Part shown: positions 18,653 to 30,400 of the stretch, piece after piece | Position numbering within the stretch: position 1 is the first letter of the stretch | How the letters are laid out: every line of letters begins with the position of its first letter | NCBI GenBank assembly: GCA_030430495.1 | Contig: JAUIKM010000017.1 | Coordinates: 8,121-72,120 of the forward strand | DNA from: a bacterium | GTDB lineage: Bacteria > Bacteroidota > Ignavibacteria > Kapaibacteriales > UBA7675 | Length of the DNA: 64,000 bases | Reading direction: 5' to 3' | Translations under genes and position numbers: made by a program | Notes under the pieces: generated by a model | Database searches by the model: none | Told to the model about the DNA's origin: nothing | What the model saw: only the letters and a program-made list of their open reading frames with translations

Positions 18653-20647
18653 TTACTCGTCGTCGTTAAACTCAAGCGTGTACTCGTCGTACAGCTCCTG
18701 ATCCAGCGCCTCGATGAATCGCGATGGACGTCCAAGCACCATGCCCGTCTCGCGGTCGTAAATATTCATCGGATAACTCATAAACAGGTGATCGGCGGCG
18801 CGGGTGCAGGCCACGTAAAACAGGCGGCGCTCTTCCTCCAGGTCTTCCGTGCTCTTGAACGAGCGCACGGGCGGGAACCGTCCGTCGAGCACCCAGATCA
18901 CAAATACCACGCGCCACTCCAGGCCCTTGGCCGAGTGAATTGTCGAGAGCGTCAGAAGCGATTCATCTTCGTCGTTGGTGGCCGAGACATCTTCGAGCGA
19001 TTCGACCGGCGCTTCCAGCGCCATATCCGCCAGCAATTCATCCAGATCCGCATAACGCTCGGCAATTGTCTGGAACATCTCAATATCGCGCGAGCGCTTC
19101 TGGTGGTCGTCGTACTTGCGTTTAAGCGTCGGCCAGTAAAAATCGACGACGGTCGCCACGCACTCATCGACGCCGACGCGTTTTCGATTGAGTTTGTTTA
19201 ACATGCCGAACAGTTCTTCGACGCTTGTGTTATTGCCGGCGAGCGCCTTAAAGCGCTGCACATCGGACCAGGTGGCGCTTTCTTCGGTCACGGCGTCCAC
19301 AATGGCGCCGGCGCGGCGCGGGCCGATGCCTTCGAGCAGCAGCAGGATGCGGTTCCAGCTGACGGCGTCGCGCGGATTGACCAGCACGCGCAGGTGCGCA
19401 ATCACATCCTTAATGTGCGCCGTTTCGAAAAACTTGAACCCGCCGAATTTCTGGAACGGCACATTCGCCTTGTTTAAGTACAGCTCCACGTCGGACGAAT
19501 GATGCGATGAGCGAAACAGCACCGCCATGTCGCTCAGTTCGACGCCTTCCTCGCGCATTTCCAGCACCTGCGACACGACAAACTCGGCCTGTTGTTCCTC
19601 GTTGTCGGCTTTAATCAGGTAGGGTTTGTCTTCCGCTTGTCGATGTGTGTACAATTCCTTGTCGAACTTTTGCACGGCCGCATTCATGACGGCATTGCTC
19701 AGATCGAGAATCGGCTGCGTGCTGCGGTAATTTTCTTCGAGTTTAATGATCGTACATTCTTTGTTAAAAGCCTGCGGAAACTTCATGATGTTCGCAAAGT
19801 TCGCACCGCGGAAAGAATAAATGCTCTGCGCGTCATCGCCCACCGCCATGACGTTTTCCTGCTGCCCGGCCAGGAAAACCACTATTTCATGCTGCGGTAT
19901 ATTCGTGTCCTGATATTCATCCACCAGCACGTGTTTGTACTGACGCTGCACCTGCTCACGCACGGCGGGCACCTCCTGTAAAATCTTGTGCAGATAAAAC
20001 AGCAGGTCGTCGTAGTCCATCAGGTTATGGTTGACTTTGTAGCGCGCATATGCTTCGGCCAGATACTCGATTTCCGTCGTATCTTCCACAAACTGCGGGT
20101 AGTCGTTGTGAATAATGTCTTCGATGCTCGACGCGCGGTTCATCGCGGCCGATATGATGTTGTGAATTGTCTGTTTGCGCGCAAAACGCTTTTTGCGCGA
20201 GCCGACCACCTGCGCCCGCAGCAGGTTGACCACATCCTGTGCGTCGCCCTGGTCCAGCACGGAAAAACTGGAATCGAATTTGATGTGTTTGGCGTGTCGG
20301 CGCAGCACCTGATTGGCAAAAGAGTGAAATGTCCCGCCGGCGACGTGTTCGCAGCGGCCGTCCAGCAGCATGGTGGCGCGCCGCAGCATTTCACCCGCGG
20401 CTTTGCGCGTAAAGGTTAACAAAAGAATGGCCCGCGGGTCAACGCCGTCTTCAACGAGCCGCGCCACGCGGTAAATGAGCGTCCGGGTTTTACCCGTTCC
20501 CGCTCCTGCGATGATAAGCGCGGGACCGCCTGCGTGCATAACGGCCTGGTGCTGCGCCGCGTTTAATTCATCCGCATAGCGAATTGTGTAGTGCTGCCCG
20601 GGCCCCCGTTTGCGCGATGTGACTTTTTTCAGACTTAACTTTTTCAT
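18653..20647 (-). CDS. UvrD/PcrA/Rep-family ATP-dependent DNA helicase
   Basis: 664 aa. Walker A GPALIIAGAGTGKTRTL. SF1 motifs throughout (…VDEYQDTN…, …AVGDDAQSIYSFRGA…, …TIHSAKGLEW…). Confidence 0.92.
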   Translation of the reverse strand: MKKLSLKKVTSRKRGPGQHYTIRYADELNAAQHQAVMHAGGPALIIAGAGTGKTRTLIYRVARLVEDGVDPRAILLLTFTRKAAGEMLRRATMLLDGRCEHVAGGTFHSFANQVLRRHAKHIKFDSSFSVLDQGDAQDVVNLLRAQVVGSRKKRFARKQTIHNIISAAMNRASSIEDIIHNDYPQFVEDTTEIEYLAEAYARYKVNHNLMDYDDLLFYLHKILQEVPAVREQVQRQYKHVLVDEYQDTNIPQHEIVVFLAGQQENVMAVGDDAQSIYSFRGANFANIMKFPQAFNKECTIIKLEENYRSTQPILDLSNAVMNAAVQKFDKELYTHRQAEDKPYLIKADNEEQQAEFVVSQVLEMREEGVELSDMAVLFRSSHHSSDVELYLNKANVPFQKFGGFKFFETAHIKDVIAHLRVLVNPRDAVSWNRILLLLEGIGPRRAGAIVDAVTEESATWSDVQRFKALAGNNTSVEELFGMLNKLNRKRVGVDECVATVVDFYWPTLKRKYDDHQKRSRDIEMFQTIAERYADLDELLADMALEAPVESLEDVSATNDEDESLLTLSTIHSAKGLEWRVVFVIWVLDGRFPPVRSFKSTEDLEEERRLFYVACTRAADHLFMSYPMNIYDRETGMVLGRPSRFIEALDQELYDEYTLEFNDDE

Positions 20648-20674
20648 GGCGGCCCTGTACAGTTGCTGATCGCA

Positions 20675-21874
20675 TTAAACCAGGTCGATGTCTTTGGTGA
20701 TGGTTCCCTTGCGCACCGCCTGCCCGATAATAAATGTCAAACCCAACAGCAGACTGACAATTCCGCCGAAGGCGGTCATCAGGGCGACGCGCGGCGAGGT
20801 TTTCTTTTCCGGCGCTATGGCATCGTCCAGCACCTGTACCGTCGACACATCGCGCTCTTCCTGAATCGCTTCCTGCGCGCGTTGTGTTTCGAGGAATGCC
20901 TGAATTTTTTCGCGCACTTTTATTTCGCGTTCAAAGTCAAAGTAGGTGCGCGACAGCGAGGGGATGTCGTCCAGCGCTATCGAGAAAGCGTCGTCGTCCA
21001 CCAGCCCACCGGATTGAATGCGTCTGTACTGTTCCTTCAGCGTGTTTAACTGCTGCTCCAACTCACGCACCCTGGGCGTAGCGGCATCCAGCTGTTGGCG
21101 CGCCACTTCCAGCTCCAGCTGCGTCTCGGCAATCATTGTCCCGATGGCGACGGCGTTTTGTACAATCGCCGTGGCTTGTTCATCCAGCGCGAGAATTTTG
21201 TTGTCGCGGCGGAACACTTCCAGCTCGGCCTGAATTGAATCCAGTTCGGCGCGCGTCTGGCTCATGTAGCGTTCGATATAGCGCCGCGTGTTGCGTGCAG
21301 AGGAGACATTTTTGGCATGGTTAAGGCTGTCGAGAACTTCAATGGCTGAATTAACCAGGCAGGCGGCCATTTCGGCTGTTCGGCGCTGTTCCGTGCTGTC
21401 CGGAAACCAGGGCGTCTCAAGCGCACTCATGACGACAATCAGACCGGTATTGTTGATGTCGTACACGTAGGCCGCGCGCAGCGCCTCAACCAGCTGTTGT
21501 CCGCTGATGGTCGCGAACTCATGAAACTCGCGCACATTGCAGCGCGACGCAACGGCTTCACACAGTGTGCGGCTCTTGAGGATGTCGACGAAACGACGTG
21601 AGCGCTCACCGCCGCCGCCCAGTTCGCCGAGATCCAGCCCGATGGAGCTACTGCTGAGAATTGAGGACAGGCCGCCCTTACTCTCCTGCTCCGGCGGCAT
21701 CACCGTCGCCCAGGTGGAGTATGTCTCGGGCATGATCCTGGCGTACACAAAGGCGCCTACCGTTCCGACAAGAAGGATAATCAGCAGGGGCAGGCGTTTC
21801 AGCCATGCGGCGTGCCAGATATTCGAAAGCGTCAGCAGGTCAAGGTTTGAGCTCGAGTTGCCAGAATTGCTCAT
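20675..21874 (-). CDS. Polysaccharide co-polymerase (Wzz/GumC-like chain-length determinant; no kinase domain)
   Basis: N-terminal TM (LPLLIILLVGTVGAFVYA) followed by YSTWATVMP. Long periplasmic coiled-coil region. C-terminal TM (VALMTAFGGIVSLLLGLTFIIG). Confidence 0.7.
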   Translation of the reverse strand: MSNSGNSSSNLDLLTLSNIWHAAWLKRLPLLIILLVGTVGAFVYARIMPETYSTWATVMPPEQESKGGLSSILSSSSIGLDLGELGGGGERSRRFVDILKSRTLCEAVASRCNVREFHEFATISGQQLVEALRAAYVYDINNTGLIVVMSALETPWFPDSTEQRRTAEMAACLVNSAIEVLDSLNHAKNVSSARNTRRYIERYMSQTRAELDSIQAELEVFRRDNKILALDEQATAIVQNAVAIGTMIAETQLELEVARQQLDAATPRVRELEQQLNTLKEQYRRIQSGGLVDDDAFSIALDDIPSLSRTYFDFEREIKVREKIQAFLETQRAQEAIQEERDVSTVQVLDDAIAPEKKTSPRVALMTAFGGIVSLLLGLTFIIGQAVRKGTITKDIDLV

Positions 21875-21952
21875 AGAACGCAGTGTTCCGGAAAATGTGT
21901 AAAATTCGATTCCGTTCGGCGGCGGCCTTCAACGCTGCAACACCGAAAATAC

Positions 21953-23644
21953 TCAGCGGGCAATTGATACGACAACAGCGGCAATGGTAAACAGCTGCGT
22001 GGCAATTGTCAGTGCATCGGAGAAGACATCGATAAACTCGGTCTCCGGCTCCTCCGGCACCAGTATTCTGTCTCCGGGTTCAAGCTTGTAGTTGAAGTCG
22101 TCCGCCAGGAACTGCTCGCCCTTGGACTTGATCACGAGCGTGCCGCCCTCGTCGGCGCGGTAACCATAGCCGCCCGCCAGGACGATGTAGTCGCTGTAAG
22201 TCAGGTTGGGCTGATAGACGACACGGCCGGGGCTGTTGACGCGACCAAGAATGTTGATGTAGTCCTTGCGCGCCGGCACGTAAATCGAATCCTGGTCCTG
22301 CAGGATTATGTTGTTTTCGTCCTGGTCCTCGCTGTACAGCAGTTCAAAGTCGACGGCCATCAGACCTTCTTCTTCGCGCGCCCGGGCGCGGTAATACTTC
22401 AATTCGTCATCGCTCATTTCCGATGGATCCAGTTTGGACAGGCGCACAAACTCTTTGTCGATCTCGCCGAAGTCGGAACGGCGCACCACCACCGCGCCTT
22501 CCAGCAGGGCGTTGTTCGTGAATCCGCCCGTGCGATTTATCAGCTCGCGCAGATGCACCGCATTGCGCGAGATCGGGTAGCGACCGGGGTAACGCACCTC
22601 CCCTTCCACCACGACAGTTTCCGTCGACAGCCAGTTGGGTTTGGCGCGCACGTTGATGCGGTCGCCGGCTTCCAGCGGAATGTCGTTGGGTAAATCCATA
22701 TCGACAATCAGGTTGCTTTCCCAGTTGTTAAGGTCGAGGAAAACCCGATCGATCTGCCCGTCATTGCCGGTGATGCGCCCCAATTCAACCGAGTCGAGAA
22801 AGGCCGAAGGCGCAAGACCGCCGGCAAATCGCAGCATAGTCGACAGTTTGTCGCCTTCAATAAACTCGTAGCGCCCCGGATAGGGCACCGATCCGCGCAC
22901 ATCGACAATCTTGCGATCAAATGCCACCGGAACAAAAACGCGGTCGCCGCCCTGCAGCGTCGGATTGTTTTCCTGGTCGGCAAATCGATAAAAGGACTGC
23001 AAATCAACATCCAGGTTAATACTGGCGGTGTCGTCCAGATAGCGCAGCACCTTAATGCGTCGGAGCGAAGAGTTGAATCGCAGACCGCCCGCGCGCTCGA
23101 TAACTTCCGAAACGCGGTCCGCCGCCGTGGCTTCCACCGTCGAGGGCTTGCGAACCTGACCAAGCACGACAACTTTGAAGGTGCGCAGCTTGGACAGAAT
23201 CACCGCGACCTCGGCCGAGCGATAGATTTTTTTGGTCGCCATCACAATGAGTGAATCGGCTTCGTGCAGACTGCGATAACGCACGTCCACGATTCCCACG
23301 CCCGGAATCAGCACTTTGCCCTCGGGCGAAACGCGCATGGAATGCTCCAGCGGTTTGCTGGTCATGATCGAAACTGTCAGAACGTCGTTTGGACCCAGGA
23401 TGTAAGTTCGCGGGTCGATTTCGCGTTCGAGCAGGCCGGCGGAACCCTTGGCGAGTTCCTGGCCGATTTTGTAGGCGACGGTATCGTATTCGCCGGGAGA
23501 ACGGAAGTCGCGCTTCGGCAGGCGAATGTTGTCGTTCTCGTACTCCGTTTCCTGGGCGCTCGATGGCAAACAAAAGAGAAAAACAGCAAACGCCGCAAAC
23601 AGGAAGGGAGCCATGCCCCGCACCGGCAGACTGATTGGTATCAT
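21953..23644 (-). CDS. Outer-membrane polysaccharide export protein (Wza/OPX family; Poly_export plus multiple SLBB domains)
   Basis: Signal peptide. PES-type region YILGPNDVLTVSI…GKVLIPGVGIVDV followed by repeated SLBB-like segments (…V.V.G.V..PG.Y…). Adjacent to the PCP gene. Confidence 0.75.
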   Translation of the reverse strand: MIPISLPVRGMAPFLFAAFAVFLFCLPSSAQETEYENDNIRLPKRDFRSPGEYDTVAYKIGQELAKGSAGLLEREIDPRTYILGPNDVLTVSIMTSKPLEHSMRVSPEGKVLIPGVGIVDVRYRSLHEADSLIVMATKKIYRSAEVAVILSKLRTFKVVVLGQVRKPSTVEATAADRVSEVIERAGGLRFNSSLRRIKVLRYLDDTASINLDVDLQSFYRFADQENNPTLQGGDRVFVPVAFDRKIVDVRGSVPYPGRYEFIEGDKLSTMLRFAGGLAPSAFLDSVELGRITGNDGQIDRVFLDLNNWESNLIVDMDLPNDIPLEAGDRINVRAKPNWLSTETVVVEGEVRYPGRYPISRNAVHLRELINRTGGFTNNALLEGAVVVRRSDFGEIDKEFVRLSKLDPSEMSDDELKYYRARAREEEGLMAVDFELLYSEDQDENNIILQDQDSIYVPARKDYINILGRVNSPGRVVYQPNLTYSDYIVLAGGYGYRADEGGTLVIKSKGEQFLADDFNYKLEPGDRILVPEEPETEFIDVFSDALTIATQLFTIAAVVVSIAR

Positions 23645-23802
23645 ACGTTCCGATTACACGTGAATAAAGAAAGCTGGAAGGTTGCCCGGCATCGTCCGGC
23701 GAAGAAGCGCGACGCGCACGGGACCGTGCGGCTGACGAACTTTTCGCAAATTGCGAATGCAGGGATTCGCATGACTACAGCACACAAATTATTTATTTCC
23801 CT

Positions 23803-24627
23803 ATGATTGACCAAGATAAGGACGCTGAAGCAGAGCTGCAGCGCTTACTCGATTTTGCCTGTACACAGGCGCGGCGCGCGGGCGAACTATTGCGCGAGGG
23901 ATTTGGAACGGCCTTCGACATCGACATCAAACCGGGCGCAGGCCGCCACAATCTCGTAACCGAGTACGATCAGGCGGCCGAAAAACTGATTGTCGATGCA
24001 CTGCGTGAAGAATTTCCGGAGCACGCAGTATTGGCCGAAGAAGGCGGAGAGATGCTTGCCGACGATCCGGAGGCCGTGCGCTGGATCATTGATCCGCTGG
24101 ACGGCACCGTCAACTTTGCACATGGTATTCCGCTGTTTTCCGTCAGCATCGCCGCGCAGAAAAAGGGCGAGATTCTGTGCGGCGCAGTGTATCAACCGAT
24201 GCTGGACGAACTGTTTCATGCCGCCAAAGGTACAGGCGCATTCCTGAATGGAAAAGGCATTAAAGTGTCCGGGGCCGCAAATTTACCCGACGCACTGCTG
24301 GTAACCGGCTTTCCGTACAACGTTCACGAGAATCCCGGCGGGACGCTGGAACACTTCACTGCCGTGCTGCGCCAGGGCATTCCGCTGCGCCGCCTGGGCT
24401 CTGCCGCACTCGACCTTTGTTACGTCGCCGCCGGGCGGTTTGACGGCTTTTTTGAAATCGAACTACAGCCCTGGGACGTCGCCGCAGGTTACCTGATAGC
24501 GCGCGAAGCCGGCGCGACAACCACGAATTACGCGGGCGCCGGGTACCGTGTGGAACGCGGCCCGATTGTGGCAACGAACGGTCACATTCACGCGGCGCTG
24601 CTGGACCTGCTGCAACAGGCGGGCTGA
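23803..24627 (+). CDS. suhB: Inositol monophosphatase family protein
   Basis: Signature WIIDPLDGTVNFAHGIPLFSVSIA and …YAAGRFDGFFE…WD…G…. Confidence 0.9.
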   Translation: MIDQDKDAEAELQRLLDFACTQARRAGELLREGFGTAFDIDIKPGAGRHNLVTEYDQAAEKLIVDALREEFPEHAVLAEEGGEMLADDPEAVRWIIDPLDGTVNFAHGIPLFSVSIAAQKKGEILCGAVYQPMLDELFHAAKGTGAFLNGKGIKVSGAANLPDALLVTGFPYNVHENPGGTLEHFTAVLRQGIPLRRLGSAALDLCYVAAGRFDGFFEIELQPWDVAAGYLIAREAGATTTNYAGAGYRVERGPIVATNGHIHAALLDLLQQAG

Positions 24628-24824
24628 GCCGGAACGGCTGTTTCTCCCTGATCTGTTCCTGCCGAACGGTCTGAATCGGCTCCGAGCCGCCGGAATTTTA
24701 GAAAGTGCGTTATGATCCGTATTTTCTACGCTTTGCTTGCAAACGCCCGGCCGCACGGTACATCCAACATACATCGGGCCGGCCGCTCTCTTCTGAAACG
24801 CACTCACAAATACGTTCCAACTCC

Positions 24825-26372
24825 ATGAAACTGATCTACTGTCTGGCATTCCTGTTCCTGTCCGCAACGACAATGCTGACCGCACAGGACGCCGATCCGG
24901 CGACGGCAACAACGACCGAAGTTACCATTGATCAACGAATCGACGAAGCGTTGGCCCCATATGCCCGCTTTGTCGAGGACAAAATCTTTTTCAAAGTGCC
25001 GATCGGCGGCGGGCACGAAATTCCATTTGTGCTGATCTGGCTGATAGCCGGCGCCGTTTTTTTCACGATTCGCATGGGATTCATCAACCTTCGGGGATTC
25101 GGCCTGGCCATTCAGGTCGTCCGCGGCGTCTTTACCAATCCCAAGGATAAAGGCGAGGTTTCGCACTTTCAGGCGCTGGCGACGGCGCTCTCGGCCACGG
25201 TCGGCCTCGGCAACATCGGCGGAGTGGCGATTGCCATTGCCGTTGGCGGCCCCGGCGCGACCTTCTGGATGATCGTGGCAGGTCTGCTGGGCATGTCCTC
25301 CAAATTCGTCGAATGTACACTCGGTGTAAAATACCGCGAGGTGGACGAGCACGGCGTGGTTTCCGGCGGCCCGATGTACTACCTCTCCCGCGGCCTGGCC
25401 AAACACGGCAAAGTCGTCGGCGGAGTCGGCGCGGTGCTGGCTTTTATCTTCTCCTTTGCCTGCGTGATGGGTTCCTTCGGCGGCGGCAATATGTTTCAGG
25501 TCAACCAGGCCTACGCCCAGTTCAGCAACATGTCGACCAACCTGGTTGGCTGGACGATCGACGGATGGATCTTCGGTGTCATCATGGCCGGCGCAGTAGC
25601 GATCGTAATTCTCGGCGGCATTCGCAGCATCGCCAAAGCGACGGAAAAAATTGTGCCCTTCATGTGCGGCGTTTACGTCCTGGCGGCGCTCGTGATCATC
25701 GGCATGCACATTCCCGACATCCCGGGCGTCTTCGGCCAGATTTTCAGCGGCGCTTTTACGGGCGAAGGCATAGCGGGCGGTTTCATGGGCGTGCTGATCC
25801 AGGGATTCCGGCGGGCGGCATTCTCGAACGAGGCCGGTATAGGTTCCGCCTCGATTGCACACTCAGCGGTCAAAACTGAAGAACCGGTCAGCGAAGGTAT
25901 CGTGGCCCTGCTCGAACCGTTTATCGACACGGTCGTTGTCTGCACAATGACGGCGCTGGTGATTATTATCACGAACAATCACCTGGATTCAACGGCGGCC
26001 GACGGTGTGTTACTGACATCGCGCGCCTTTGATTCGGTGATCGGCGGCTTTGACATAGTGCTGTCAGTTGCTGTTATCCTGTTCGCCTTTTCCACCATGA
26101 TTTCATGGTCGTATTACGGTTTGAAGGCCTGGACCTTTATGTTCGGCGCGGGACGCGTTGCCGACCTGAGCTACAAACTGCTTTTCCTGACTTTTGTAGT
26201 TCTGGGTGCGGCGATGAGTCTGGGCGAAGTCATCCGCATTTCAGACTCGATGATCTTTCTGATGGCATTCCCGAACATTCTCGGGCTGTTGTTCCTCTCG
26301 GGCGAAATACGAAAGGACCTCCGATCGTATATATCGCGGATTCGCAGCGGCGAGATTCCGCGCTTCAAATAA
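24825..26372 (+). CDS. Alanine/glycine:cation symporter (AGCS family)
   Basis: ATG at 24825 gives the signal-like N-terminus [25 protein letters not shown]-type segments …[32 protein letters not shown]…GGPMYY… with ~11 TM helices. Confidence 0.85.
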   Translation: MKLIYCLAFLFLSATTMLTAQDADPATATTTEVTIDQRIDEALAPYARFVEDKIFFKVPIGGGHEIPFVLIWLIAGAVFFTIRMGFINLRGFGLAIQVVRGVFTNPKDKGEVSHFQALATALSATVGLGNIGGVAIAIAVGGPGATFWMIVAGLLGMSSKFVECTLGVKYREVDEHGVVSGGPMYYLSRGLAKHGKVVGGVGAVLAFIFSFACVMGSFGGGNMFQVNQAYAQFSNMSTNLVGWTIDGWIFGVIMAGAVAIVILGGIRSIAKATEKIVPFMCGVYVLAALVIIGMHIPDIPGVFGQIFSGAFTGEGIAGGFMGVLIQGFRRAAFSNEAGIGSASIAHSAVKTEEPVSEGIVALLEPFIDTVVVCTMTALVIIITNNHLDSTAADGVLLTSRAFDSVIGGFDIVLSVAVILFAFSTMISWSYYGLKAWTFMFGAGRVADLSYKLLFLTFVVLGAAMSLGEVIRISDSMIFLMAFPNILGLLFLSGEIRKDLRSYISRIRSGEIPRFK

Positions 26373-26376
26373 ACGT

Positions 26377-26417
26377 CCCGGGCGTCGATTGCAAGATCGG
26401 CGCCCGCGCTTTTTTCT
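26377..26417 (+). terminator. Possible intrinsic terminator after the symporter gene
   Basis: 6-bp GC stem CGGGCG…CGCCCG with a 16-nt loop, followed by CGCTTTTTTCT. Confidence 0.35.
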
Positions 26418-26438
26418 CCCGTTCCACACGGCTCAACA

Positions 26439-27320
26439 ATGAAGATTTCCACTCGCATCATGTCGGGTGCAGGCAACATGTTCACGGTCATCGACCGGCG
26501 TGAACACGCACTGACAAACGAACAGGCCGCGCGCCTGACGCCGCTCCTGTGCGCACCCGGCGAACACGCCCCCGATGGAACGGAGGGACTGATTCTGCTG
26601 GACGTCGGCACCGGCGGGCTGGACTTCCACATGGAGTTCTTCAACCCGGACGGCTCCCATGGCGCGATGTGCGGCAACGGCGGCCGCTGCGCCCTGCGCT
26701 TTGCCGCGGAAGTCGGAATCGTTGACGCGCGTGAAGGCGAGCGCTACCGCTTTGATGTTCTGGGCCAGACCTATGCGGCCGAACTGCGCGGGACAAACGT
26801 GCGTCTGTTTTTGCCGCCGCCCATTGAGGTGGATTTTGATCGCCAACTTGTCGTTGACGGGCATGCGCTGCCCTGCGCCTACATCAACGTCGACTCGGAT
26901 CACATCGTGATGGACTATGCGCAGGTGCGATCGGTCTTCGGCGCGTCGCTGCGCAGCTTCGACCTGCAAAACTGGGGGCGGAAAGTGCGCTATCACGCAG
27001 ACCTGGCTCCGCGCGGCGCCAACCTCGACGTCTACGAACTCCGTCCCGACGGCAATATCGATCTGCGCACCTACGAACGCGGGGTCGAAGCTGAAACCGG
27101 CGCATGCGGAACGGGTGCAGTTGCGACCGCGCTGACGGCAATTGAAACACGAGGGCTGTCCGCACCACTCAATATCATCCCGCCCAGCGGGGAAATGGTC
27201 AGCGTCGATTTCACTCCCACACCTGAATCGATTGAATTTTGTATCCTCGAAGGCCCTGCGCGGATTATAGCTGTGCGCATCGTGGAATTCGAACCCGACG
27301 CACATTTTCCCGACCAATAG
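26439..27320 (+). CDS. dapF: Diaminopimelate epimerase
   Basis: MKISTRIMSGAGNMFTV…, FFNPDGSHGAMCGNGGRCALRF, and a second catalytic Cys region …TGACGTGAVATAL…. Confidence 0.92.
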   Translation: MKISTRIMSGAGNMFTVIDRREHALTNEQAARLTPLLCAPGEHAPDGTEGLILLDVGTGGLDFHMEFFNPDGSHGAMCGNGGRCALRFAAEVGIVDAREGERYRFDVLGQTYAAELRGTNVRLFLPPPIEVDFDRQLVVDGHALPCAYINVDSDHIVMDYAQVRSVFGASLRSFDLQNWGRKVRYHADLAPRGANLDVYELRPDGNIDLRTYERGVEAETGACGTGAVATALTAIETRGLSAPLNIIPPSGEMVSVDFTPTPESIEFCILEGPARIIAVRIVEFEPDAHFPDQ

Positions 27321-27450
27321 CCGCACCGGCGGAACGTCTGAACCCGCGTCTGTATTCCACGGCCGGGTCCCGGTGTGCGGCCGGCGCGGACACCGAATAA
27401 AACGACAGGGGCTGCGAGACACACAGCCCGCTTGTGTTTTATGTGATTGT

Positions 27451-30400
27451 ATGTTTATTCAGGCAGCCCGGATATTGAGAACGTCAGACACATACCATCA
27501 CGGACCGTTGGTTGCGCGGGCACTGCTCCTGTGCGGCCTGATTCTCCTGTTCGCCATTGCGAATATGCGCGCTCAGGATGAACGCGACTACCTTGGCCGC
27601 GAGTTTTTCCTATGTTTTCCACCGAATATTCACAAAGCGGGCGGACAGTCGCCTCCCGACGACAGCCTCTACATTTACATCAGCTCCGACAGGCCGACGA
27701 CCGGACGGATTGAGTTCAGCGACCGCGAGGGCAATCGATCCGAGCGGCGCTTTAGCATCGAAGATCCCAATCTGGCGCATGTGGAGAGTTTTGCATACAG
27801 CGACTATGAACTGCAGGGCTACAACCTCAACGGCCTGCTCGACAATCCCGACTCACAGAACGAAACGGTTTCGCGCCAGGTTTTTTACGTGGTGGCCGAC
27901 CGCGACATCAGCGTGTACGGTCTCAACCACGCCGGCGCCTCCAGTGATGGTTTTATGGCCTTGCCGGCCGATGTGCTGGACGGATACTATGTGATTCCGG
28001 CCTTTCCGTCGGACACGCGCATTCTCGACAATCGCCCGGCGCCTTCGAGCACGCCCTCGCAGTTTGCCGTCGTTGCGTTGAATGACAACACGGATATTCT
28101 GATCCAAACGAACGCTCCCGTCCCGGTGGCAAACAAAGAGCCAATCCAGATCACGCTGCAGCGCGGCCAATGTTATCTGGTGCAGTCGCGCATTTCCGTC
28201 AGCGAACCGTCGAACGACCTGACGGGCAGCGTTGTGATCAGCGACAAACCCCTGGCCGTATTTGCCGGACACCAGCGCAGCCAGGTGCCGGGCGGAGATA
28301 CTCGGAACGCCGCGACGCAGGATCATATTATTCAGCAGGTAGCCCCCGTTTCGACCTGGGGCAAACAGTTCAGCTTGGCGCCACTGATCGTGACGGGCGA
28401 CGATGACGGCGTCGGCAATGACATTGTCCAGATAGTGGCGGCGCAGGCCCAGACGCGCATTTACATTAACGGCGCGGAAAAAGCTCTGCTGGATGCGGGG
28501 CAGAGCCTGCTGGAACCGATCAGCGGGCCGCTTTTCATCAGTTCGGACGAGCCGATTCACGTGACGCATCTGCGCCACTCTTCTTCGCTGACAGGCGCCG
28601 GTACGCCGCGATTGGGCGATCCCTTTGCCCTGTCGATCACGCCGAAGGAACAGTGGCTGGACAAATACACCTTTTCGACGGCACAGGCATTTTCCAACCT
28701 GAACCGCGAAGACCGCCTGGTATTTGAGTACCAATATCTGATGATCACGCTGCCGACCGGCACGCCGATCGATCTTGCGCTGGACGGCGTGGCCGTCAGC
28801 GACGAAAACTTCACGGTAGCGCCGTTCGGCGACTTTCTCTACGCGAATATTCCGGTGACGACGGGACGGCACGTGCTGCAATCGACCGTTCCATTCGGTG
28901 CGCATGTTTACGGTTTCGGCGAGGCGGACTCATACGCCTTCCCTGCCGGCGCGGCACACACGCCGATCAATCTGGAGTGCAGCGCCGACGCCGGACCGGA
29001 CATAACGGTCTGCCGCGGCGACACGGTAATGTTGAATGCCGTCAGTATCGGTTTTGACGAGCCGACCTTCCGCTGGTCCCCGGCGGAAGACCTGATCAGT
29101 TCGCCTTTTGCCAAACAGCTGCGGCTGCGGGCGATGCGAACCACCTGGTACAAACTGCTGGTACGCGACGAACGCGGCTGCCGCGCAGAAGACTCCGTGC
29201 TGGTCACCGTGACGGAGAAACCGCAAATCAACGCCGGGTCGGATCACGTGATCTGTCCCGGCGAGAGTGTGCAACTGGGATTTGAGGACCCGGGCGTACC
29301 GATCACCCGCGTGCGCTGGACGCCGGCGGACAAGGTCGATGATCCCGCCTCTCCCGCGCCGATCGCAACACCCGGTCAGGCGACCGGATTTATCGTCGAA
29401 GTCGAAACCGCATCCGGCTGCGTCGTTTTTGACACCGTGGTCGTCAACGTGCGCGAACGCCCCGTGGTCGACGCCGGTCCCGACGTCGACATATGCGAGG
29501 GCAGCAGCGCCGAACTGACGGCTACCGGCGGCGTCAGCTATGAGTGGCGTCCCGCGGACGGCCTCAACCGAACCAACATCTTCAATCCCATTGCCAAACC
29601 AGAAAAATCCACCAAGTATTTTGTCAGGGTAACGGACGCTTTCGGCTGCGTCAATGAGGATTCGGTCACGGTCTTTGTGAGCGAATGCCGGCCCTGCGAG
29701 TCGATTTCCGGCATCATCAACGAATATGCTTCGGTTGTGGCGCTGGATTATCCCACGCGGCGCGTGCGCGTCGTCGACGGTTCGGTGTTTGCACCGGGCG
29801 ATCTGGCGATGATCGTGCAGATGCAGGGTGCGGAGATCAACGTTGAGCAGGCGGAAAGCTACGGCCGGATTGAAAATCCGATGTCGGCCGGCGCATACGA
29901 ACTGGTGCGCATAGACAGCATTAGCCTGAACTTGCTCAGCCTCAATCGACCGATTCACAATCAATACGATCCCGCCGGCAAGGTGCAGGTGGTGAAAATC
30001 CCCGAATACGACCACGTTACGGTGGTGGACCGCGTGTTCGCGCGCCCCTGGGACGGCAATGTGGGCGGTGTGGTGGCCATGGCGGCCAACTGCCTGATTG
30101 TGGAAGACACTATTTCTGTGGATACGAGCGGCTTCCGCGGCGGGCGTTATGAAGTGCAATCAGGTTGCCGCTTTGAACCCAATACAACCGCCTGGGTGTC
30201 GGATCAGCTTTGTCGCTTTTCCTATCGCGGCGAAGGCACGGCGAGCTACGGAGTCCCGCCGAATGTCTACGGTCGCGGCGCACCGGCCAACGGCGGCGGC
30301 GGCGGCAACAACCACAATGCGGGCGGCGGCGGCGGCGGCAACGGCGGAGCGGGCGGCAAGGGCGGCAACGGCTTCCGCAACTTCGCCAACTGGGATCAGG

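Noticed and set aside
24804-25862. 352-aa ORF on the − strand
   Set aside because: Antisense to the AGCS symporter gene.
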